DNA from: an uncultured Kordiimonas sp.
Lineage (GTDB): Bacteria; Pseudomonadota; Alphaproteobacteria; Sphingomonadales; Kordiimonadaceae
Reading direction: 5' to 3'
DNA: 64,000 bases
Assembly (NCBI GenBank): GCA_947500295.1
Contig: CANMRM010000004.1
Location: 185,663-249,662 of the forward strand
Position numbers and translations under genes: made by a program. This document shows, in pieces, positions 1 through 7,068 of the stretch (its first letter is position 1; each line of letters begins with the position of its first letter). A model generated the notes under the pieces. The model was not told the origin of the DNA. It did no database searches and worked only from the letters and a program-made list of their open reading frames with translations.

Positions 1-80
1 GAGTAAAGCCGCATAGCGCGGTGTTCAATAGATGACAAAGAGAGCCTAAATCGGCAGCAATCCAGAGAAAGGAACGGACC

Positions 81-350
81 ATGGATGCACTATATAATGC
101 CCTGCCACACGACAAGGAGCATATCGACGGCTACTACACGAAACTCGGAGAGTTCTATAATTCTCTGAGCGCATCGGAAAAGAAGATATTCCATGCCAAT
201 GCGAAGCAAGCGAAATCAAACGCCCCAGGAATTGAAGCCTTGTTCAGTGACCCAGGCCACAAAGCTGACTTGGAGCAGTATCTGAAAGACAAGGCGGGTC
301 TGCAGGACGTGCCTGAAGATGAAGACATGATGGACTCTGCATTTTTCTAG
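81..350 (+). CDS. hypothetical small acidic protein (89 aa)
   Basis: Intact ORF with an AAAGGAA Shine-Dalgarno-like motif about 6 nt upstream of the ATG. No Cys, no signal peptide, acidic C-terminus EDEDMMDSAFF. No family recognised. Confidence 0.45.
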   Translation: MDALYNALPHDKEHIDGYYTKLGEFYNSLSASEKKIFHANAKQAKSNAPGIEALFSDPGHKADLEQYLKDKAGLQDVPEDEDMMDSAFF

Positions 351-1594
351 GGAGCCAGATTGGGCTTTCCGTACCCCTGGTACAGGGACGGCAGACCAAG
401 AGGTTGACACAGTTCGCGTAGCGTTCGGGCTGCATAGTCCGAACGAGCGGCGGTTCTGTCCAGCGTGAGATAATCTCGATCTGTGCTCAGACGCGCCGCC
501 AGCAAACCTGTAACAATGGCGACGGAGTCGGAAGAACCCACTTGGGCCGCATACAATGGCCTGCCGTCCTGCGATGCAACTGTGCTGGCGATGGCTGTGC
601 CCGGGGCCAGGCAGGTGAGGCCGGGGCCGTAGCTGCCGATTGCCGAGAGATACAGGCCGTTTTCCCCACGCTTTACGGGGTCTTTGGGGGCAAAAACGAG
701 GTCGGTTTCCGTGGTTGGGCCACAGGCATCGCGTCCAAGCGCACTCACCGCAGCAACATTTTCAAGTGCTGCGGGATAGCCTACTGGTTCTGCGCCTGTA
801 TTGCCTGCCGCGGCAATACAATAGGTGCCAGTCATACGGGCTTCTTCAATGGCGGCGGCCTGTGCGTCCGACGCTTTCTCGCTGCTAAGACTGAGGTTGA
901 TAAGGTCAACACCCACGTTCGTTGCCAGGTGCCGGATTGCTTGCGCGACGTCATCGGCCTTTGCGCCGTGTGCGCCCGCCTCATAAACCCGAACTGAAGA
1001 GAGGGCAGCGCCGGGTGCGATCCCGGCGGGGTGGTCGTTATTATCCGGTCGCGCACCAATCAAACCAGCCATCATGGTTCCGTGATACGACACGTCCGCG
1101 CCGTCTGCGCTATGTTCGCCGTCAACGAAGGCACCCAAATCGGCAACATGGGAAAGATAGGGGTGGGGGCCCGCGCCTGTGTCAATCAGGCCAACAGCAA
1201 CGCCCTGACCGCGCCCGGGGTCATACGTCGTGATGCCCACGCTTTTATGCCACCAGCCAAGCGGTCCATCAAAAACCAGCGGTGGGCACTCAATCTCGAC
1301 CCGCCTATTAAATTTCTGACTTGCACCATACCATGTGCCGGACTGTGCCACCGCGGAAACATAGAGGGGTTTTTCTTCAGCTGGTGCAAACGTGAGGCTT
1401 GTTTCCCCAGCTGAATTTGCCATCCCGGCGTGTACATGCTGGGCACCTGTTTCAATATTTTTAACAACCAGAAAAACAAGAGCGCCCGCAAGAGGGAGAC
1501 CGGCGGAAGTCACGTATACATCAACACCGGACTGCTCGGGGTTTTGCGCGGATGCTCTCGGTTTTCCCAGGTGGTGCGAAAAATCATGTGGCAT
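347..1594 (-). CDS. S8 family (subtilisin-like) serine peptidase, no signal peptide
   Basis: Catalytic motifs in order: Asp GLIDTGAG, His SYHGTMMAGLIG, Asn AAAGNTG, Ser VGSSDSVAIVTG. About 110 aa N-terminal extra domain. N-terminus is polar, with no leader or TM segment. Start lies 21 nt downstream of the sensor kinase stop. Confidence 0.8.
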   Translation of the reverse strand: MPHDFSHHLGKPRASAQNPEQSGVDVYVTSAGLPLAGALVFLVVKNIETGAQHVHAGMANSAGETSLTFAPAEEKPLYVSAVAQSGTWYGASQKFNRRVEIECPPLVFDGPLGWWHKSVGITTYDPGRGQGVAVGLIDTGAGPHPYLSHVADLGAFVDGEHSADGADVSYHGTMMAGLIGARPDNNDHPAGIAPGAALSSVRVYEAGAHGAKADDVAQAIRHLATNVGVDLINLSLSSEKASDAQAAAIEEARMTGTYCIAAAGNTGAEPVGYPAALENVAAVSALGRDACGPTTETDLVFAPKDPVKRGENGLYLSAIGSYGPGLTCLAPGTAIASTVASQDGRPLYAAQVGSSDSVAIVTGLLAARLSTDRDYLTLDRTAARSDYAARTLRELCQPLGLPSLYQGYGKPNLAP

Positions 1595-1615
1595 CCCGGT
1601 GCTGGACCTTTGCTG

Positions 1616-4600
1616 CTATTTTTTTGGAATTACTATTGTGAAAATCGATCCGCCGTCTTCTGATGTCCGGTAATCGACCGTCCCCTTGAGTGCGCCGTGT
1701 ACAAGGTTGTGAACAATGTGCAGGCCAAGGCCCGTATTGCCCTGACCGCGTTTTGTGGTGAAGAAAGGGTCAAATATCTTGTTTTGATGGATTTCGGAAA
1801 TCCCGCACCCGTTGTCTGACACTGCGATGGTCACAGCATTTGGCGACTGTCTCGCCTCTACACTTATTTCCCCCGCTTCATTGGGTTCAAATGCATGAGT
1901 TACCGCATTTGTAACCAGGTTTGTGATGACCTGACTTAATGCGCCTGCATTGATCAGGAGCCGTATGTTTTCGTCTCCTCCAACCGATGACTGATGTCCT
2001 TTTTCCATCAACAAAGGTTTCACGCTGATCATGACATCCCGCAAATAGGGTACAAGCTGGATATCGGCGATTTGCTGGCTGCTCTGGTCAGCGGACACCA
2101 GCTTGAAGCTCTTGATCATGTCTGCAGCTTTTTGGGCATTTTTGAGGGTGAGGCGCCCAAGGTCTCCGCTCAGGTCCAGATATTGCTCGAGGTCCGATTT
2201 GGTGATTTTTTGAGCGTCAAACTTGTCTTTGATCTTTGTCGTTTCACTTTCGATTTGAGACGCGCCGCTGACAACAAGGCCGATCGGTGTATTCACCTCG
2301 TGCGCGACGCCAGCCACAAGCCCGCCGAGCGCCGCAAGTTTTTCGGACTGTATCAGCTTTCCCTGCGTTTCCTTCAGCTCGGTCATCGTCTGCTCAATGC
2401 GCGTGTTCCGTTCTGCGAGCTCTGTTTTTTGCCGTTCTATCTTGTGAGTCCGCTCCACTACCTGTTGTTCAAGGCGCCGCTGGCTGGCCTCCAGTACAGC
2501 AAGGCGGGCACGATAGATGGCAAACAGGACCAGCAGTGCCATGGCCGCTACGAGCGCCTGGAACCAAAGCGTCTGATAGAAGGCAGGTAATACCTCAAAG
2601 GTTACTTGACTGGGCGTGGGGCTGGACCGGCCGTTTTGGTCAAATACGTTCATCATCAGCGTGTAGGAACCAGGTGAAAGGTTGGTGTAGGTGGCAGAAC
2701 GCCGCGTGATGTCCGTATGGATCCAGTCACGGTCAAAACCCTGAAGCCGGTGGGCATAGGTATAGGATGCGGCATCTATCGGAGACAAACTTGCATATTC
2801 AACGGTGAAGTCCCGATCTTCCGGCGTAATTTCGATGGGGGCCACGGAAGAGCCCAACGCTTCGCTGTAGTCGTAGGCGTCCCGCCCACCGACTATCAAG
2901 CGTGTTATCGTCGGTGTCTGAAGTGCCTTTTGCCGCTCAAACATGGCGGGGGACACAATTGTCAGCCGCCGAACACCTGTAAAGACCAGTTCGTTGGTGC
3001 GCATGAGTTTAGCGCCCTTGTCGGGCACATTGAGGGGCATGTCCATACTGTCGTCAAACAACATTGACCGCCCGCTGTCTGGATCGTACGCCAGCACACC
3101 TTCGGACGTGGTGAACCACATCCGGCCTTCCTTATCTTCAAGAACAGTATTTGCGTTGGTTCCCCTGTAGTCGGTGCCGTCAAACGGGAAGATAAATCTG
3201 GGCTGGGAAGCAAAAGGCTCGGTGGTGTAGGCGATCTGTTCTCCTGCAATCCACAGCCGGCCAGCCTTGTCCATAGCCATGGCCCGCGCGCTTCGCATGC
3301 GATCCTGATTGTTATCTTCCGACATGCTCTGAATGCGTGTCAGTTCCCGCCTGTCAGGCGACAATTTGAATACGCCGGACCGCGTTCCCATCCAGATTGT
3401 TTTGTCGGCGCTCTCCAGCATATCGAGCACCGGGCCCAAGTCCTGAGGCGAGACGCCCGAAATCCCGGTGCCCACCGGTTGCGGTGTTTGTGTATCAGGA
3501 TCGATGGTCAGGATGCCGCGAGAGAACTCTGACGTCCAGATAGTGCCGCTGCTGTCCTGAAAAATGGACACCAAATTCCAGCCTTCTGTACCGGAAACCA
3601 GGCTCACCGTATCGGTATCGAGGTCATAGGTATATAGCCCGCGCCCGACAGTTGGAATCCAAACGCGGCCGCTGCGGTCCTGCATGGCAGAAAAAATCCA
3701 TACCGGTGGGCTGTCACCAGGAGGCAATTGCAGGCTTTTGTCCAATATAAGCTGCCCCCCGACACGCCTGAAGATTGCGGGCTTCTTGTCCCGACTTGTC
3801 AGCAACAAGCGTCCGTCAGCCAACTCAAGCAGCAACCGAACTTCTGAATTTGAAGAAAAAACACCACTTGCACCCGGGTCACTTTCGTAGACCCTGACAT
3901 CTGTATTGCGGGGGTTGGCGACATTGAGGCCAGCACCCCATGTGGGTATCCATACCAAGCCGTTGGCGTCCTGAATGATGCTGAAGGTATTGTTCGAACT
4001 CAAACTGCTGTCGCGTCCCGGAACATGTTCGATCCGTCTGACCGACTGCTCCCCCCAGTCCACCACCTCAACTCCAGCGTCACGGTATCCAACCCAGAGG
4101 TCGCCATTTTCGTCCTCCATAAGGCTAGTCACAAAATCCGCGGTCAGAGGGACAGGAGGGGCGTTTGGGGCAAAATGGGTCAGAACATTTGACCCAGCCG
4201 TTTTCTGCATCAAGCCAATGCCGTCTGTGCCCAGCCACAAGGTATCTTCCCGATCAAACAGCACGACGGTAACCCGATCAAGCGGCGCATTTGTTTCAAG
4301 AGAGAAAGCTTCGCGGGCTCCTTCGAAAGTGCGTGTGGCTGGGTCAAACCGCTGCAGGCTGCCACCGAGACATCCGACCCAGAGATTGCCGCCCCTGTCG
4401 ACATCCGCGGCCAGACAGAGATTGCTGCTCAGGCTACTTGGGTCGTTAGGGTCGTTGCGGTAGCGTTCGATCGTTTCCAGGTCCGGCAACAAGCGAACCA
4501 TGCCGTCCCCGAAAACCATGAACATCATGCTGCCGTCTGGCAATTCCTGGATGAACAGTGTTTGTCCGGCGAAGTAGGTCTCGGCTTCTTCCGGATCATT

Positions 4601-5017
4601 GCCAAATCGCAAGAATATATTGGTGTCCGGGTCATACATGGTCACGCCATTTGACTCGGTGCCGACCCACACACGATCCATCCGGTCGACAACCACGCTT
4701 CTGAGCCGGTTGCCACTCAGGGAATTTTCGTTGTCAGGGTCATGGACATATTGAATGAAACGGTATCCATCATATCGGAACAAACCGGCGTAAGTCGCAA
4801 CCCAGACGAATCCTTTGGAGTCACGCGCGACAGAAGAAAGTTCTTGCGATACGAGGCCCTGTTCAGCCCCAAACCGGTGAAATCGGAGCTGTGGGCTCAC
4901 CATTCCTTCGTTGGTTTGTGCAATCGCGGTTTGCCAGGTTAATACCGTGCACAAGGTTGCAAGCAACCCCATTAATGGCCAGCTGAACACGCCAGGTCTT
5001 CTCATTTGCCCCACCAT
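1616..5017 (-). CDS. sensor histidine kinase with large periplasmic beta-propeller (two-component regulator propeller repeats) and Y_Y_Y-like domain
   Basis: N-terminal signal/TM segment, then about 750 aa of repeated W(V/I)GT / LWVG propeller-type repeats. Second TM is LWFQALVAAMALLVLFAIY, followed by a coiled coil. H-box VAHEVNTPIG, and ATPase N/G boxes NLVTNAVTHAF, DNGCGI, GTGLGL. Alternative start at M5 (5005). Confidence 0.85.
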   Translation of the reverse strand: MVGQMRRPGVFSWPLMGLLATLCTVLTWQTAIAQTNEGMVSPQLRFHRFGAEQGLVSQELSSVARDSKGFVWVATYAGLFRYDGYRFIQYVHDPDNENSLSGNRLRSVVVDRMDRVWVGTESNGVTMYDPDTNIFLRFGNDPEEAETYFAGQTLFIQELPDGSMMFMVFGDGMVRLLPDLETIERYRNDPNDPSSLSSNLCLAADVDRGGNLWVGCLGGSLQRFDPATRTFEGAREAFSLETNAPLDRVTVVLFDREDTLWLGTDGIGLMQKTAGSNVLTHFAPNAPPVPLTADFVTSLMEDENGDLWVGYRDAGVEVVDWGEQSVRRIEHVPGRDSSLSSNNTFSIIQDANGLVWIPTWGAGLNVANPRNTDVRVYESDPGASGVFSSNSEVRLLLELADGRLLLTSRDKKPAIFRRVGGQLILDKSLQLPPGDSPPVWIFSAMQDRSGRVWIPTVGRGLYTYDLDTDTVSLVSGTEGWNLVSIFQDSSGTIWTSEFSRGILTIDPDTQTPQPVGTGISGVSPQDLGPVLDMLESADKTIWMGTRSGVFKLSPDRRELTRIQSMSEDNNQDRMRSARAMAMDKAGRLWIAGEQIAYTTEPFASQPRFIFPFDGTDYRGTNANTVLEDKEGRMWFTTSEGVLAYDPDSGRSMLFDDSMDMPLNVPDKGAKLMRTNELVFTGVRRLTIVSPAMFERQKALQTPTITRLIVGGRDAYDYSEALGSSVAPIEITPEDRDFTVEYASLSPIDAASYTYAHRLQGFDRDWIHTDITRRSATYTNLSPGSYTLMMNVFDQNGRSSPTPSQVTFEVLPAFYQTLWFQALVAAMALLVLFAIYRARLAVLEASQRRLEQQVVERTHKIERQKTELAERNTRIEQTMTELKETQGKLIQSEKLAALGGLVAGVAHEVNTPIGLVVSGASQIESETTKIKDKFDAQKITKSDLEQYLDLSGDLGRLTLKNAQKAADMIKSFKLVSADQSSQQIADIQLVPYLRDVMISVKPLLMEKGHQSSVGGDENIRLLINAGALSQVITNLVTNAVTHAFEPNEAGEISVEARQSPNAVTIAVSDNGCGISEIHQNKIFDPFFTTKRGQGNTGLGLHIVHNLVHGALKGTVDYRTSEDGGSIFTIVIPKK

Positions 5018-5063
5018 GATATAGTCCTGTCTATCGGCAATAACCTATTGATCATGCACGGGA

Positions 5064-6125
5064 ATGACCACAAAAAAACAACTTTCAGAGGAAATCGTCG
5101 AATTTTTGGCGTCTGCGGGTCTGTTGTCATCAATGGCGGATCATGTGGTCTCGCTTTTGCCGGGTCGACGCCTTGCAGCCCAAGTTGACCTTGGAGCCGG
5201 CGAGCTTTTGTTCGTGAAAAAACATGGTTTGGCGTCCAGCCCCGGCGACCTGTGGCTCGACACGTCAGAGGCTGGCGGGGCTGCGGCCTCCCTTTGCGGC
5301 AGACCCGAAACACTTTTTAATCAGGAGGGCTGGTTTGCTAACCGCTATACACACAATAGGGGCACACTAAAAAACCTGCCTTTGGCGAGGTTTACGCCCG
5401 AACTGGCGCGCGCCATTGGACAGTCTCTTGGCTCGTTTCATAACAGAAGCGCCAGCTGGCTTTCCGGCCTTGGTCATGCGCCGGACAAGAGCGCAGATCC
5501 GCAACAAAGCATCCAGCCGATGCAAGCTCTTTCACCAGCCAGTTATGCCGATATGCCTGGTCTGGACAGGGATATGTTTATCGCGGCAAGTCAGGCCTGC
5601 TCTAAAGGGTTAACCACGCTTGCTGACGGGCTGAATACTGTCTGCGCGGTACACGGCGATTTCCAGGCTGGTAATATTTTGATCAAAAACGACCGTGCTG
5701 ACGCTGTTTGTTTTGTTGATTGGGAGAATGCTGGGGTAGGGGACCCCTCATGGGATTTGGGTCACCTGTTCGCAACACTGTTGAAAAGATGGCTTTACAC
5801 GGTTGATGCTGGCTCCGGCTCGATAGGTGGCGCGATTTTGCAGCAAAAGGGGGAATGGCTCCGGCTGTCAGGTTGGTGGGGTCATTTTCTCAAGGCCTAT
5901 AATCAGGAACTGGCGATTGTCTGCAGTGCTAAAATCGATGAGCAACAGCTAGCACGTGTTGGAGGGCATGCTTTGATGCAGCAATGTAAAAATATACTGT
6001 ACACGCGTGGTCAGTATACGGCCCGGGAGGTTCTGCTGCTGGCATTGGCAAGACAACTGATTGCAGAACCATGCAGGTCAATGGAGCTTTTGCTGCCTTC
6101 TAAGAAAAATGGCGACCGCCAATGA
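5064..6125 (+). CDS. APH/CotS-like phosphotransferase (putative Ser/Thr or small-molecule kinase)
   Basis: Catalytic loop HGDFQAGNILI and metal-binding segment FVDWENAGVGDPSWDLGHL, typical of the aminoglycoside-phosphotransferase-fold kinase family. Stop overlaps the next ATG (ATGA). Confidence 0.75.
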   Translation: MTTKKQLSEEIVEFLASAGLLSSMADHVVSLLPGRRLAAQVDLGAGELLFVKKHGLASSPGDLWLDTSEAGGAAASLCGRPETLFNQEGWFANRYTHNRGTLKNLPLARFTPELARAIGQSLGSFHNRSASWLSGLGHAPDKSADPQQSIQPMQALSPASYADMPGLDRDMFIAASQACSKGLTTLADGLNTVCAVHGDFQAGNILIKNDRADAVCFVDWENAGVGDPSWDLGHLFATLLKRWLYTVDAGSGSIGGAILQQKGEWLRLSGWWGHFLKAYNQELAIVCSAKIDEQQLARVGGHALMQQCKNILYTRGQYTAREVLLLALARQLIAEPCRSMELLLPSKKNGDRQ

Positions 6126-7060
6126 GTGTACGCGACCTGGTCTCCCATATTGTTGATGACTTCCGCTTCGATCCGAATGCCGGTTGGATACATGCAAGAG
6201 CAGGCGGAGTTGCATCTGCCGATGAAGTTTCAAAATTGGTCACCTTCCTCTACAGATATTATTATCAAGGGCTGACGCACCCGGCCCGGTATCAGTCAGA
6301 TGCCGCTGAAGCTAAAACGATCAAAAGCCTCGAGAACAGAGATCTTGTGGCTCGCTTTGTGGCTGAGTTACCTGCGGCAGACTACAGCAGTGCGGGCTGG
6401 CGAATTGTTTCGAGGCAGAACAAGTACATATTGGTGGAGCGCAAGGGAATTCAGCTGACGCTGGCCGATACAGGACACACTGAAGGCGGCCAGATTGATG
6501 AGACTGTCTGCATTCGCATGCCATCAAGCAGACCGTACGCTTCTCCCGGGTTTTTCACAGGTTTTGGCTCACTGGGTCCGGCAGGCAAAGACGAAAAACT
6601 GGACAGGATTTATTTTAATGTTGATGTGAATTCCGCACCTGCGCTGTTCGGCTGGATATTGCGATGGGCCGATGCCAAGGCCTTGCCAGTCACAGTCAAG
6701 GCCATTAATGCTCCAGGAAATTATGACCGCAGAGACTGTATTGTGGCTTACTTCCCGCGCGCTCGCTTTCAGGACATTCGGGCCGTGCTGGGAGAGGAGG
6801 TTGCTGGGCTGGACTTATCATTCAAGCCTGAAGTCCCGGCCTTCACATGCAAAATGCATCGCGGTATCGCCTGGGCACAGGATCCTGGCTCTGATGGAGC
6901 TGGTCAAACAAGCTTCGGTATGCACCGGTGTTCAGTAATCGCCAACGGGCTGAGCCAGGACCGTGCGGCAGGCGCACGAGCTCTGCAGCTGGGCATCCTG
7001 CAACACTGGGAAAAGTCGGGTCTGAACTTGGACAGGCCCCATTTATCGCCTGTCCAATAA
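6122..7060 (+). CDS. HopA1-like (T3SS effector HopA1 family / LanY-like) protein, putative phospho-Ser/Thr lyase
   Basis: Translationally coupled to the kinase. The core RIYFNVDVNSAPALFGWILRW...PVTVKAINAPGNYDRRDCIVAYFPR and downstream SFGMHRC resemble, from memory, the conserved HopA1-family core. The ORF itself is solid; the family call needs an HMM check. Confidence 0.5.
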   Translation: MSVRDLVSHIVDDFRFDPNAGWIHARAGGVASADEVSKLVTFLYRYYYQGLTHPARYQSDAAEAKTIKSLENRDLVARFVAELPAADYSSAGWRIVSRQNKYILVERKGIQLTLADTGHTEGGQIDETVCIRMPSSRPYASPGFFTGFGSLGPAGKDEKLDRIYFNVDVNSAPALFGWILRWADAKALPVTVKAINAPGNYDRRDCIVAYFPRARFQDIRAVLGEEVAGLDLSFKPEVPAFTCKMHRGIAWAQDPGSDGAGQTSFGMHRCSVIANGLSQDRAAGARALQLGILQHWEKSGLNLDRPHLSPVQ

Positions 7061-7068
7061 AAAGCAGA

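Noticed and set aside
5064-7060. Bona fide class V lanthipeptide biosynthetic gene cluster
   Set aside because: There is no Cys-containing precursor ORF, no LanX-type cyclase and no exporter within the island. The flanking gaps (46 and 8 nt) cannot hide a precursor. I therefore report it as an orphan kinase/lyase-like module rather than a RiPP cluster.
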